From the human T2T-CHM13v2.0 reference genome, Homo sapiens: a stretch of 64,000 nt of DNA. The stretch is taken from the NCBI RefSeq assembly GCF_009914755.1, contig NC_060934.1; one strand, given 5' to 3'. Of this stretch, positions 26,701 through 47,551 are shown piece by piece. The translations under genes and the position numbers were made by a program. Under the pieces are notes generated by a model that was not told where the DNA came from, did not search any database, and was given only the letters and a program-made list of their open reading frames with translations. Position 1 is the first letter of the stretch; each line of letters opens with the position of its first letter.

Positions 26701-26959
26701 GCAGCTGCCTGATTTGCTGATGGGAGAAATGTAAAGCTCTGAGCACCTGCTTGGCAAGAGGACCTTTGGCCCCAAGAGGAAGGAGGTTTTCTGCAGAAGT
26801 AGACAACTCCTCGCTCACCAAGGGAAGCAGGAGAGTGAGAGAGGCTGGTGCAGATGGCCCCTGAGAGGCGGAGGTGGGACCACCTCTGCTACTTTCTCTT
26901 TCCCTTTGCTGGTGGTCCAGTGTCTACTGCTGCCTTCGCAATTGAAAAGCCCGATCCCC

Positions 26960-27742
<783 letters not shown>

Positions 27743-27955
27743 TCATATTTGGAGGGGCTCGGACAGGGCCTGGAGGGCACACACCCCATATCAGTGAGAG
27801 AACCAAGTGGCAGTGGGGGAGAAATATCACCTACAGCCAGATTTGCTTCCTTCTGGGAAGCACCCGGGAGGCATTTTGGGGTGGGGGATGGCATGACTGG
27901 GCTGGAGGTAACCTGGGCATCCCCAAGCCTCTCAAAGCCCTTCATCCCCTCCCCA

Positions 27956-28130
27956 TGGCCTCCTACCTGTAATCCTAGCACTTTGGGAAGCTGTGACAGG
28001 AGGATCACTTTAGCCCAAGAGTTTAAGACCAGCCTGAGCAACATAGTGAGACCCTATTTCTAAAAAATAAAATTTGTTTAATTAGCTGGGCATGGTGTTG
28101 CATGCCTATGGTCCCAGCTACTTAGGAGAT
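27956..28130 (+). mobile_element. Truncated Alu (AluJ-like)
   Basis: Left arm plus start of right arm. Confidence 0.85.
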
Positions 28131-29189
28131 TCAACTCTACCTACTTTATAGAAAGAGAAATGCCTGTCTTAATGGTCCAGACAATTGCATGTTCCATCCC
28201 ACACGGGGAGCATATTTCCCCTAAGTGAGTATAAGCTGGAGATGTGAGTCCAGTCGGCTGCTCTCAACTGCCCCGCTTGGTGAAAACATCCCACCACTGC
28301 ATGTCATTCTGATGTTTACCCATACGTGTTCTTCACCCAGCCTGGGCCCTCCACAGAGACCAACGACTGGGCGAGGCCCTTGCCCTAAGACCCAAGAATC
28401 TGTCCCCTGAGCCCGGGAGGTGGAGGGAAACCAGCCGTGCCAGTCTGCACCATAGTGTTTGCCTAGGGTATGTCCAAGGGAAATTTTGGTGAAGCAAGGT
28501 ACATGCCCGATGCAAGGCCTTAGAACCTCAGCCCATGAGGAAGGAGCTCCTCTGTCCTTTAGCCAGGAGTGGTCGGAGCAGGGAGAAGGAGTGGTGAGGC
28601 TCTTGGAAGTGGGACCTCCATGGCTTGAGAATAAAGTTTGTTCCTAGCCGACCTAACGTCACCATCAGGCTGGCCCTCACCTTGCCCATAAGGAGAATAA
28701 ACCAGTACTACCAGTGTGCCTGCTTGGAGGTTCTTGGGTGAGTATCTTGGGCATTTCCAGAGGCAGCCACCCCCACTCTACCCAACCCTCACTGAGGCTT
28801 TAGGGCCCTCCCCACCTGACGACCTTAAGCCTCTGATGAAATAAAAAGTATACAGTTTCTCCTTAGAAAAGTTGGGGCCCCTGAACTTGATGCCCACTGT
28901 TTCCCCAACATATGAGTGGTAAGAAGTAATAGAGAACAATCCTCTGTGCCCTTCACCCAGTTCCCTGCACAGGCAACATCTCACCAAACTCTGGTCCAAC
29001 ACCACGTGTACAGAACCAGGATGCTGACACGGACACTCAACACACGGAGCACGTCCATCACCACGAGGGTCCCTCCTGTTGCTGTTTCATGACCACGCTC
29101 ACTTTCCTCCTGCCCCCACTGCCTCCTTAACCCCTGGTGCCAGTAATCGGTTCTGTATTCCTAAAATTTTGTCATTTCAAGAATGCCCT

Positions 29190-29418
29190 TGAATCCCATC
29201 TCTACAAAAAGTACAAAAAATTAGCCAGGCATAGTGGCGTGTGCCTGTGGTCCCAGTTACTTGGGAGGCTGAGGTGGGAGGATCATTTGAGCCCAGGAGG
29301 TCAAGGCTGCAGTGAGCATGATTGTGTCACTGCACTCCTGTCTGGGCAACAGAGTTGAGACCCTGTCTCAAAAAGAAAAAAAGAAAAAGAAAAAAAAAGA
29401 AAAGAAAAGAAAAGAAAA
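29190..29418 (+). mobile_element. Partial Alu (linker and right arm, AluJ-like)
   Basis: cccatctctacaaaaa...gaggtcaaggctgcagtgagc...(AAAAG)n tail. Confidence 0.9.
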
Positions 29419-29671
29419 CTCTTGAAATGGAATCATGTGATGTGTACCCTGTAAGGATTGTCTTTTTTTTCACTCAGCATCTTTCTCTGGAGATTTACCA
29501 GGTGTTTGCACATGACAATAACACGTTCCTTTTTATTGCTGTGTAGTATTCATGGAACGGATGGACACAACTTGTGTAACCATTAATGTGGTGAAGGACA
29601 TCAGAGTTGTTCCAAGTTTTTGGCTCTAACAAATAAAGCTGCTGTGAGCTTTTGCGTACAGGGTTTTGTGT

Positions 29672-30291
29672 TGTTGGGGCCAAGGGAACTTCCCCTTTGT
29701 CCTCTGAAGGTCCTCTGGAAAATCAACTCACAAAAGGCAGATTCATTGGAGAAAAGGCGTACAAATTTACTTGATCATAGTTTTATGGGACATGGGAGCC
29801 ATCAGAATAGAGACCCAACACCCAGGAGAGTGCAGAAGCTTAGACATTGTCCTGAGGTTACAGAAAGAATGGAGGCTCGGATGCTGGCAAAGCAGGTTGT
29901 AGGAAGGGAGAGAGGAGGAACTTTGCTGAGGGCCAATAAAGGATTCCTATGGAGAATTCAATGGGCTTGAGGAACATAAAAGCATCTGGGGCAAAGTCTG
30001 TTGGGCCTGCAGAGCGGACAATGGTTTGTGACAAAAGTCTGCCCAGGTTTGTTAAAAGAGAATTCCTTCCTTGCAATATGGGTTTAGTTCATGAAAACTC
30101 AGAGAAAGGATCAGAAGGCATTGTTTTCTTCTTAGGTAGGTCTGGACTTCAGGCAGATAAGGAAACTTCAGAGAATCCAATGCTTTGGAGAACAGTTGGG
30201 CTGGGGCAGTCAGAGAGACCTTGAAACTCCTTTTTCAGTTCAGCATGTCCAACATGCCATATTTTGAAACATCCGCTTCTGAACCCCAACA
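29672..30291 (-). mobile_element. ERV1 solo LTR (MER34/MER39-like)
   Basis: Terminal inverted TGTTGGGG...CCCCAACA; ~620 bp; degenerate 4-bp TSD gtgt/atgt; interrupts L1. Confidence 0.75.
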
Positions 30292-30313
30292 ATGTGAACG
30301 TATATCTTCATTT

Positions 30314-30871
<558 letters not shown>

Positions 30872-33659
30872 TAAAGAAACTGTGAACATATTTTCCAGAG
30901 TGGCTCTACCATTTCATGTTCCCACCAGCAGTGTAAGAGTGATCCAGTTTTTCCAAATCCTCACCAGCATTGGATGTTGTCCCTGTTTTTTATTTTAGCC
31001 ATTCTGATAGATGTGCATCACTGTGGTTTCAATTTGCATTTCCCTAATGGCTAATGATGTTGAACATCTTTTCACAGGCTCAGTTCCATTTGCATATCCT
31101 CCTCAATGAGGTGTCTCTTCATGTCTCTTGCCCATTTTCAAATTCGATTGTTTGGCTTGTTGTTTGAGAGTTTGAGAGTTTTTTACCCTCTCTAGATATT
31201 AGTCCTTATTGCTAAATTTGTTGTGGTGAGTGGTTGAAGCCTTCGAGCCCTGTTCTGCAGTTTTCCTTATGAGTATAATACACACACATCTGGCTTCATA
31301 AAAGGCAGGGTGCCTCCCCAGAGAGGGAGCTGGGCAGGTTGACGGTGCTGGGTCACTCCAGCTGAGATCATTTGCAAGCCTGTCTTTTACAGCCCTTGGT
31401 TCTCTTCAAACCCCATGGGCATATTGTGTCTCTGGCTCCCAGTTCTTCCCACCACCTTTCCTATAGGTGGCTTCATCCTACACACTTTGGAGATGGTCAT
31501 GATACCTTGATGATGACAGAGGGCTTGCACTTCTCCCTACAATGCCATAGATCTAGCCCATTCCTTAAACCGTCTCAAAAAGGCACCTCCAGCCCTTTTA
31601 ACCTTTGATGCCGTACCCTGTCCTGTTGTTCTTTGCCACAGATTCCAGATTCCTATAGATCCGTGTCACTCATTGTGAATCAAAGCTATTCTGCAGGACA
31701 CAGAATAAATGGCAGAAAGGGAGGTCACTGGAAAGCTTCATGTAGAATCATAGCTCAGGGCAGGACAGCCTGTGTGCTGCACGCTTGGCCACACCAGCCA
31801 ACGGTTAAAGAAGTCAGCACTGCAGGGGATGCCCCAGAGAGGGTGAGCAGGAAATTGCAATCTACATAGACCCAAAGGTGCAGAGGAAAGGTCACAGGAC
31901 CGGGCATCAGAGCCCCCTGCTCACTGCAGGTCTCTCTGTGTGTGTGGCAGGGGCGTGGCGGGGGGAGAGGAACAGGTGTCACATGACCTCTGTCCCTAAG
32001 CATCTGAACTGAAGAAGTAAAGAGGTCAGCCAGCCTCCTCCCACTCCAGACCTCTGGGATACTTAAAGTAAGTGTTGCAGGGTTTGTAGCATCTTGGAAC
32101 CTTTCTTCCTACATCACAGAAAAAAAAAAAAAAAAGTCCAGTGAACCGGTTCCACCTCTTAAGAAACTGTGGTTTCTACAGCCTGAACTTGAGCAAAACT
32201 GGAACATCAGAAAATTATTTCCTCCTGCCCCATCTCTGATGTAATAGCAGATCCAGTCCTCAGCTCTGTTTCTATAGAGAAAGCTGGGTGAACGGGATGG
32301 GTCTTTATTGAGTTCCCTTTGACGTTCTTCCAAAAAATAGATGTGATTTTCCCCTCTCCCTCCCTCTGTCTCCTTCCATCATCCTTGCCTCCTTTGGACC
32401 CATAGAAGGGGGTTCTTGTGGGAAGTGATGATCTCTGAGCCAGGCCCTCTTTCAGATGAGCTATGAAGTTAGTTTGTTTACTTATTTTTTTCATCTAAAC
32501 CCCAAATACCACAGAACCAGCACCTGCAATTTTTCCTAACACATCCTTTGAACTTGCTGCAAGTTAAACTGTAGAGGTTTCATTTCTCAGTTGTAATTCA
32601 GGGTGTCTTCCCCATGCCATTTGCTTCCAAGGAGCAACATCTTCCTCCCTTTCTACCCCAACTCCCATCAACAACTGAAAAAAACGAGAAATCAGAACTT
32701 CAGCCACAGCAGCCTTTCCTGGCTCTGTGTGAACACCGTGGAGAGGATACAGCCCTTGACTCCCTGGCCCTCCTCCCTCTCACGTCTAAGCTGGGAACAC
32801 CATAAACAGTCACAGTGCTGAGCCAGGCAGAGAGGCAGACGGGTACAGCCAGACGGGACAGATGTAATTAGCAGCATCATTGCTTTGGTGTGCAGAATAG
32901 ATAGCAGAATGCCGCCACCCACATGATGCTTTGGCAAATGTACTGTCGCTCATTTTCACAAACAATTCAATAGGTCTTTTAAAAGTGCCGACAACAAGCA
33001 AAGAAAGTCACGGAAAGAAACCAGAGTGACAACTCAGCCCGAGTGCCAAAGTTACTTGAGAGCTGCTCTGGGAACAGTGAAGCCAAACCAACTCCGAGTT
33101 CAATCTGATCCAAGTTCAGATGGACAGAGCCTGGCATCCATGGGGCAAGCAGTGGTGCCCGATTCATCGTCAGATAAAGTGAGCTCAGATGCCACCGTGT
33201 TCCTGATGTAGCTGTCACATGATGCCTCTGAGTCGTACTTTTTCCATCTGCTTAATGGGCATGTTGATCCTGGTGTGTGTATTTCTAGACTTGCTGTGAG
33301 GCTGGCGGGAGGCCACTTGGAAGGGAAAGTCTTTGTGATCTACACAGTGGGGGTCGTCATTAAGGAAGAGCCTCAGGAATTGCAGCCACAAGGACAGTGC
33401 CATTCCTAAGGTAAATCACGGGAAGAAGAAGCCTCTTAACCCCACCTCCTACAGCAGCGAGCATTAACTCCTCCCCAGTGGCAATTCCCCAGGCCTCTCT
33501 CCTCATGAAGCCCAAGGATCAATGAAGTAACTCTTACATTCTCCAGCACCCACATGGTCCAGTCTCGAGCCATTGTGCAGCTGGAGAAGCACAGTCCAGT
33601 GTGTTTTTCTTCTGTTTCCCCAGCACTCTGAAGGAGAGCCCAACACCAAGTTCTAATAA

Positions 33660-34312
<653 letters not shown>

Positions 34313-34708
34313 TGGGAGCCTATTAAAATCCTCATTTCTCTCCTATCCATGTCTCTCACCCTGGCAGCCACCCTGGCACCCCCTTCACTTCTCCCTTCCC
34401 TCTTCTGCCCCTTCCTGTATCATGTAGCTTTGCCTGGCATTTTTTCCATGGGCGGAGATGATGTAAGCCAGCTGGCAATGACGGGGTTTTCAAAGGCAGC
34501 TGGTAACAGAGGAAGGCTCGCAGACTAATACTTATTACCCCACTGCCATTGTTTGATTTAATGTTGTCCTCAAAGCTCTCCTGGGTTCAAACTTAAAACT
34601 CATGCAAGTGTCAAAACAAATCGTGCCTTTTTGAGTATTTTTTTCTCTCCTGGATCTTCCTTTCAAGCTTGTTTCCTACCTTCCCTCCGGGTGAAAATGA
34701 AGATTTGA

Positions 34709-35041
<333 letters not shown>

Positions 35042-35741
35042 TGAGAAGCATCTTCCAAAACGTAAATGCACAGACTCTCAGAGCTGAAGGAAGCCTCAGG
35101 GTCCAGCTAGTCCAATCCCCGGTGATGTCTGAATTCCCCTTACAACATCCTGGCAGGTGACCACCCAGCCTCTGCTCGAATGCCTCTTGGGAGCAGGAAC
35201 CCCCCTTCTACCCCCTGAGGCTGAGCAGACCATGTTTGATTTTTTTCCAAGAAAATCTTCCCCAAAGGGCACCTTAGCCTTCCCATCCCACAAACTCAAC
35301 TCCCAGTGGTCAGTGGTGGTGTTGGGAGGTCGAAGGAGGTGGCACAGAAGTGTCCACACCATCCCTGGTGTACAGCAGGTGCCCAAAATGTTTAAGCAGA
35401 TGAACGTTCTCGAGGAAAATGATTTAAACTTGATCAACCAGTTACTTTCAAGAAGGGAGCTCCATGAGTGTGGAGGCAACTGGGACACACGCTGCTCACC
35501 GGGACTGCCAACAAAAACTGGGTGCAGGATGTGGCTCTGCCGGCACCTCACACCCGGGGACCTGAGCAACTCACTCGGCCTGTGACCCCACCTCTTCACC
35601 TGGACAGTGGGGCTGACGGTCCCTGCTCTGTGGGCCCACAGGCCATTTTCAGTTTTAGTGGAAATAATGTATATGTGAACTGGAAAGGACTTGATAAACA
35701 TAAGGGTTATTCTTATTATTCTTCCTATTATTAAGGAATAA

Positions 35742-36091
<350 letters not shown>

Positions 36092-36543
36092 TCAATTTAT
36101 AATTTTAATAATTCTCCAAGGAGATATTGATTTTTCATAGAAAAAGAGCCCAAACTCCTCCTACCTATCAAGACTTGGGGAAAATGGCCTCATTTGACAT
36201 GTGTAGGGTGGAGTAGGGAATACAAATTAGTATCACTCCATATCCCTGAAAAACTGCAGTAACACCGTTAAACCCACCCTGGCAGCAAGTCGTGCCCTGA
36301 AGATGCGTTGCTTATTCCTCTCCCCTCTCAGCTGCTGGAGGAACTTGAGGGCAGGGCTGGGCTTGCTCCTCTCTGGGTCGGGCACAGCCTGGAGCTCAGT
36401 GACTGTCACACGAGAAGTCCTAGGCCAGCAAGTATGGGAGTTGGTGAGGGGCATTCAGTGGCCACTGAAATGAATCTCTCATTGGCGGTTGAGCCCTTCT
36501 TTTCCTGCTTTTTCCCATTTTCTTCCCTGAGAGTGGACTCTGT

Positions 36544-36925
36544 TGATATGCTTTGGCTCTGTGTCCCCACCCAAATCTCATCCCAAATTGTAGTCCCCAC
36601 GTCTCAAGGGAGGGACCTGTAATCCTCACGTGTGGAGGGAGGGAGGTGATTGGATCATGGGGGTGGTTTCCCCCATGCTGTTCTCGGGATAGTGAGTCCT
36701 CACGACATCTGATGGTTTTTTAAGTGTTTGGCAGTTCCTCCTTCACACGCTCTTCTCTCTCTCCTGCCACCATGTAAGATGTGCTTGCTTCCCCTTTGGC
36801 CATGATTGTGCATTTCCTGAGGCCTTCCCAGCCATGTAGTACTGGGAGTCAATTAAACATTTTTCCTTTATAAATTACCCAGTTTCTGGTATTTCTTTAT
36901 AGCAGTGTAAGAATGGACTAGTACA
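36544..36925 (+). mobile_element. THE1D/MST-type MaLR solo LTR
   Basis: TGATATG...tgtgtccccacccaaatctca ... gaatggactagtaCA; TSD TCTGT on both sides. Confidence 0.92.
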
Positions 36926-37687
36926 TCTGTCAAAGAGGATTTGTCCTAACGCATATGAGGACATTGAGTATGAGACATTTTACAGTTCATTGGTGTTTGC
37001 CCTGAAACTCCAATGGCCCCTTATTCCCCGACAAGATTTATCTGGGGTGTGCTTGATGGAAAGGTTCCAGGGCCTGAGGCTGGGGGCTCCTGACCAAGAA
37101 AGGGGCTTTGAGGAGGACAGAGCACTGGACTGGGAGTCCAAAGACAGTCCTCATTCCATCCTGTCAGCTTGGGTATCCCCATTCCCCCTCAGCCTGCTTC
37201 CTATCTATGCCAGGAGGGCTGACCAGGGCTGCTCCCAAAGATCTCACCCACCTCTGCGGTCATTAAACTGATGGTGAAAGTCCTTGAGGTGGCCTGAGGG
37301 GTAATAACTTGTAAAGTCAGACGTCCATGGGTGGAACAGAGCAGAGACGGCCACGGAACTCGGAGGGTGTAAACAGCTCCAGGCACCCAAGCCAAGTCAG
37401 GCACTGGCAGAGAGTTTGGCATCTATTTTCTAATAGCTAAGGGAAATAAAAAAAAAAAGCAAAAAAAACTTGCGGAGTTATATATTTCCTGTGGAATGAA
37501 ACATTCTCAAAGATCTACTTCCTGGATCCGTACTTGCCCGCCTCTAACAGAGCCACGAATAAGGTCTCTGACCACTGGAGACACGACAATGGCACTCAGC
37601 CAGGTGGCCTATCAGTCGTCACGGAGAATAAAGGCACTGTCTCTACTCAGACTGTAGGAAGGCTGGCCTCCAGGGCCCTTTATGTTC

Positions 37688-37983
37688 CTTTTTTTTTTTT
37701 TGAGATGGAGTCTTGCTCTGTCACCCAGGCTGCAATGCAGTGGCGCAACCTTGGTTCACTGCAACCTCTGCCTCCCGAGTTCAAGTAATTCTCCTGTCTC
37801 AGCCTCCTAAGTAGCTGGGATTAGAGGCGCCTGCCACCACACCTGGCTAATTTTTGTATTTTTAGTAGAGATAAGGTTTCGCTATGTTGGCCAGGCTGGT
37901 CTCAAACTCCTGACCTCAAGTGATCCACCTGCCTTGGCCTCCCAAAGTGTTAGGATTACAGGCGTGAGCCACCGTGCCTGGCC
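37688..37983 (-). mobile_element. Alu
   Basis: Poly-T plus reverse Alu body. Confidence 0.95.
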
Positions 37984-38119
37984 CCCTTTACATTCTGAAG
38001 ACCTAACTGAATGCAACCCGAGAGCCTGGGTGTCTATCAGTGTTTCCCAAAGCATTGTTGTGCATGGCTTTGAACACACAAAACATGGAGTGTTCAAACC
38101 CTGCACATTCCATAGACTG

Positions 38120-38920
<801 letters not shown>

Positions 38921-39115
38921 ATGGTCTTTGGATAACTTTGACAACCTACTCTATCAGTTTTTCTGAGACAGAGCCTGGAGTGCTCATTTTATTAAGTTTC
39001 TCAGATGTTTCTGAAGCATAGCAAAGTTAAGAATCACTGCTTGAGAGAAGGAAGTGGTGTTTTCTGTTTGTTTAGTTGAGACAAATATATGTGTGTTTGC
39101 TTTGCCTTCAATTAG

Positions 39116-40060
<945 letters not shown>

Positions 40061-40307
40061 ATGGGAAGGGTCAGCATAAGTAATATTGTTTCCTTCTCAG
40101 AAGTGAAGGAAATACAAGTTAAAGGACACCAAGAAGAAACAATAAAACAAATCCAGAACATGGGTCGTTTTACACTAATACTTGGCCTAGTGTCTTCAAA
40201 ATGGTATTGCCACTACATTAAAAATAGATTGAAGATTGGTCTACATTGAGAGATATTACAATGCCAACTTTTTTTTATTGGATCCTGGTTTTTAGAAGTA
40301 CATTTCA

Positions 40308-40672
<365 letters not shown>

Positions 40673-41330
40673 TTAGATGATATTGGGAATTATTGTTCAT
40701 TTTATTAGGTGTACTAAATGTCCTTGTTTTAGGTGAAGCATTATGTCTGATTTTCTTTAAAATAGTTTGCCAGCAAAACATGAGCAGAGAAATGAATCAT
40801 GGCAAAGTGTTCATTATTAAGTCAAGGTAATGTTTTTGTTATGGTTGTGTTTTTACTTTTCGGAATATTTTGAAATTGTCCTAATACAAAGTTTGTTAAA
40901 AGTGATGGGTTAGTGGTAAACTGAGCAAAATGATTTGCACTGAATAGGCAGGAATATAAAAATATGGACAACTCCACTGAAACTCCTCCCAACTCTGCCA
41001 CAGAATCGGACATAGGCAAAATGGCACCTTGGCTGCTGAAGGTTTTGTGAAGTAGCCAATCTCCCTAATGGGAAAAATCAGAATACAACCTCAAAAAGCT
41101 CATGCATGGAGGAGGAGGGGCCACCTTCTTCTCACTCCACATGGCTGGACGAGGAGTTGAGGACAGAGTGTGTGGATTATCCATCTGCTGAGAACTGAGA
41201 CACCAGAGCTGGGCGTCAGGATGACAGCACAGTGAGAGGCCCAGGACCCTCGATACCCCATCCCCAGCATCACCACAGCTCCTGGCTCACGTCGAATGTT
41301 CCACCTGGGTGGACTTCTCAAGGAGATGCT

Positions 41331-42350
<1,020 letters not shown>

Positions 42351-42576
42351 TTACTGAAATTAGGTACGTCTTAGTTTTTTTAAAAAAAATTCCTTCCACC
42401 AAAAAAAAAAAAAAAAAAAAAAGAAGAAGAAAAAATGCATCCCAGTGAGCTGGGGAGGAAAGAGTGAAATTGTAGCTGCTTATCTGGGAAGCTTCAGAAA
42501 TAAAACATTTTGGAACGACCACCCCGAGGTAGAAGACGAGGATTTGGAAATACACTTTTAAAATAAAGTGATGGGA

Positions 42577-42897
<321 letters not shown>

Positions 42898-43149
42898 TCA
42901 GCCACACTAAACCTTTAAGCCTCTGTGCACACAGCCAGTCATTTCTTGATCTCTTTGTTAATATAACTTTAGTATCAGGCAGTTTGTTGTACAAAGTCCT
43001 GCAGTTCTTCAAGTAATAAACTCACATCAAAACACTGTTTCCGAGCATTAAAAAAATATATAGCATTGATTTAAAAAATGAATGAACTGAACAAAGGTCT
43101 CCCACTAATGACCCTCGTGGGATATTTGAGAGGGTTTTGGAGCCAGCAG

Positions 43150-44060
43150 AGGCCAAACTAGAGAGTGGGGCGGGGTGGGGGCGGGGACGGTAGTCAAAAA
43201 CGTCAGCGCAAGCCCAGGAAGTACCTCGAAACCTCATCTTCCTGCCCGAAGATGAACTGCCTGAACTGTGCGGGGCAGAAAGGATGGGAGCAGCTGCCCC
43301 ACCTTCCTGCCCAGTCCCAGCCTCTGGGGAGAGGGTCTCCCCAGGGCACCCTTCTGGGAGAGACAAGGAGAAAAGTTGGTGGGAGGGGACGGTCTGACCA
43401 GGATGGGTGCCCAGGGCCTTGGAGGGTCCTCCCGTGCTGCAGGGACCCGCAAGAACCCCGGGAGCTGCCTCCCTCCACAGCTCACCAGCTCCCCCGTGAG
43501 CTCAAGCCAGGAATTTCAGGCAGGCTCTCGGGGGTCCCCAGACTTCCTTCTACTCCAAGGAGCCTGGGGAGCCCGGGACCTCCCAGAAAAGCATGTGGGC
43601 AGCTCTGCCCTAGGAGACCATGGTTCTTGTCAAGAAAAAGTCACCGAAGTCCAAGAGGCTCCTCCAAAGAATGTCTACTGAATTCCCTTCCCCTTCCTTC
43701 GGACACAAAATGTCTGGAGAGGCAACAACCTGGTTCCAGGTTGGAAATGGAGCCATATTACGCTGCTGGGGCACCCACCACTCAGATCTCCCTCTCACTT
43801 CTCTGGCTTCCCCCTGCATGTCCCCTTCTGGGCCCAAATCCTCTCCTGAGAGCCCCCCCACCCCTGGTTTCGAGCCTGCAATCATTTGAATGACATTCAG
43901 GTCCAGCTGGCTGCCCGTCGATCACGACTCGAACGCGGGGTAACATCGTGTGCATGTGTGTGCGGGGGACTGGGGGGACAGTGAAAGAGTCCCAGGCAAG
44001 GATCCAGGAGTCAGACCCGGCCGGGATCTGCTACCCTTCCCTGCGCACCTTAGGCAGACC
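43150..44060. promoter_or_regulatory. Candidate intergenic GC/CpG-enriched regulatory element
   Basis: Tandem GC boxes gtggggcggggtgggggcggggacgg at 43165-43190 and CpG clusters at 43900-44060 in a repeat-free island. Confidence 0.35.
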
Positions 44061-44176
44061 ACACGACCTATCCCTGGTTTGGTGGCCTCATAATAATCAC
44101 CAAGGTTTATTAAGCCGCTGTGCGCAAGGCACTGTGCTGCGCACATTGCATGTATTATCTCATTGGATTTTATATA

Positions 44177-44845
<669 letters not shown>

Positions 44846-45059
44846 GCTGAAACAGACTAAGGCATAGGGACCAATATTATCCCATCTAATAATTGAGAAA
44901 ACTTGGGCTTGAAAAGATCCATGATGGCTTACGCAAGCTCACAGGGCTAATAAGCGACGGAGCTGGGATAGAATTTAGGCAGTTGAACTTCATGACATGA
45001 ACATAACCACAATTCTCATGCTAACCAATAGTAAAATAATAATAATAAACAAATAATGA

Positions 45060-45355
45060 GGCTAGGCGCAGTGGCTCGTGTCTGTAATCCCAGCACTTTG
45101 GGAGGCTGAGGTGGGTGGATCACTTGAAGTCAGGAGTTTGAGACCAGCCTGGCCAACATGGTGAAACGCCATCTCTTCGAATGCTACAAAAATTGGCCGG
45201 GCGTGGTGGCGCACACCTGTAATCCCAGCTACTCGGGAGGCTGAGGCAGGAGAATTGCTTGAACCCAGAAGCAGAGGTTGCAGTGAGCGAAGAGTGCACT
45301 GCTGCCCTCCAGTCTGGGTGACAGAGCATGACTCCATCTCAAAAATAATAATAAT
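45060..45355 (+). mobile_element. Alu
   Basis: Dimeric Alu with (AAT)n tail. Confidence 0.94.
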
Positions 45356-46373
45356 GATGATGATAGTTGACAGAGGTTCTTTTAGTGCTAAGGTTCTGGG
45401 GAAACCTGCAAATTTAGTAAAGGTGGACCCACATTTTCATGTTTTCAGGTCATGATGAGTGACCTCGCTCCTTTAGGAAAAAAGAGAGAAATATTCCCTT
45501 TGGGAGGCACAGGGACAGCCTCCTGGGAGATCAGAGTCTCGCCTCTGCCTCTGCAATCAGCCAGGATCTGTAGACACAGATATTTATGAGGCAGTCTGCG
45601 GTGCTCTATTTCTTCCCCCATTCTTATGGGGGTGAGAGGGGCAGAAGGAGACCAAAAGCCACATACTTTCAAAGTCATCCTTCCTCTGGAGACCAAGAAG
45701 CAGCAGATTCTTTTCCTGGGAAACAAGTCTATCAGGCAGACATCTGTTACTCTTTGCGATCTGTATGCCATAACAGTTTAAAAAACAGAGTTTAAATGCT
45801 TAAAGAAGAAGAAAACAGTTTGCCTGTGTTGCAAAGCAGCATATAAACGGTGCTGGAATTAGCACAAGGGAAACATTTATCTTTCCTAGATAATCTCAAA
45901 ACAGGCCTTTTTTTTGGATTGTATATAATTATGTTTATTGGCATGGAAAGATGCTCATGATATATCACTAAAGGAAAAACAAAAAACAAAAAACAAAACT
46001 GGTTGCAAACACAAACTAGGCTTTTTAAAGAAGCATTGACTCTGCCTCCCTGGCTGGGGCCGGGGCCCTCTGTGTATCCCATAGAGGAAAGGGTAGAATG
46101 GGCCAAGACTGGCTGGGTAGTAGCCTTCTTCCTGGGAGAACAGAGACAGAGTCACATTTTCCAGCAGGAATGACCAAAGATTTGCCTGAGCTGGATAAGC
46201 CCAGCCTGGTGTAGTGATGGATGGTGGGCTCTGGGGATCCAAAAGACCTGGGTTCCAGTCCTAGCCCCACTATGAGTCGTGGTGACCTAGTGCAGTTTCA
46301 ATGCTGCTGGAGCTCACTTCTCCACTGACACAGTGGAAGTCACATCTCCTGCACACAGGGGAGGTGCTCATGA

Positions 46374-46711
<338 letters not shown>

Positions 46712-47152
46712 TCCAATCTGTGTTTTTATGACAAAGGCATGGATTGGCCATGAGCAATGGGCAGCCCTGGGGTGGCAGGCTGTGAATGAGGGGGAAGGGG
46801 CTGCCTCGAGGGGTTCGGTCCCCTCCTCAGGAGCTAACACACAGCCTGAGACCTGAAGGATGAGAAGGAGCCGGCCACACCAGGGTCTGGAGGAAGCCAC
46901 TCTGCGCATTGGCCGTGGCCCACGCAAAGGCTGCGGGAAGCAACATCCTGCCTTGCTTCCGGTCGGCTTCAGGCCTGTGAGGCTGGGAAGGGCCAGTCGT
47001 GGAGGATGGAGGGTGAGGTGGGACTGAGCTACATGTCCCGGGCCTTGGTTATGATCTGAATTTTGATGTTGAGAACAAGAAAAAGACACAAAAGGGGCTT
47101 AAGAAGAGTGAGCAGCATGACCAGGTTTGTTCTTTTAAAAAACTGGATACTA

Positions 47153-47275
47153 GGCCAGACGCGATGGCTCACACCTGTAATCCCGGCACTCTAGGAGGCC
47201 AAGGCTGGAGGATCGCTTAGGGTGAGGAGTTCAAGACCAGCCTGGGCAACATAGGGAGACCCCCATCTATACAAA

Positions 47276-47315
<40 letters not shown>

Positions 47316-47335
47316 CACACACACATACACACACA

Positions 47336-47381
<46 letters not shown>

Positions 47382-47551
47382 ACAAATTAGCCAGGTGTGG
47401 TGGTGTGTGCCTATAGCACCAGCTACTCAGGAGGCTGAGGTGGGAGGATCACTGGAGCCCAGGGGTTTGAGGCTGCAGTGAGCTATGATCACACCACTGC
47501 CCTCCAGCCTGGGCAACAGAGTGAGACCATGTCTCTTAAAAAAAAAAAAGA
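47153..47551 (+). mobile_element. AluJ-like element with (TA)n(CA)n(TA)n microsatellite in the central linker
   Basis: Left arm, ~110-bp dinucleotide array at 47273-47381, right arm; TSD-like ggatacta. Confidence 0.92.

Noticed and set aside
43165-43893. 242-aa ORF
   Set aside because: GTG start, GC-rich sequence with few stops, Pro/Arg/Gly/Ser-biased, no domain or exon structure.
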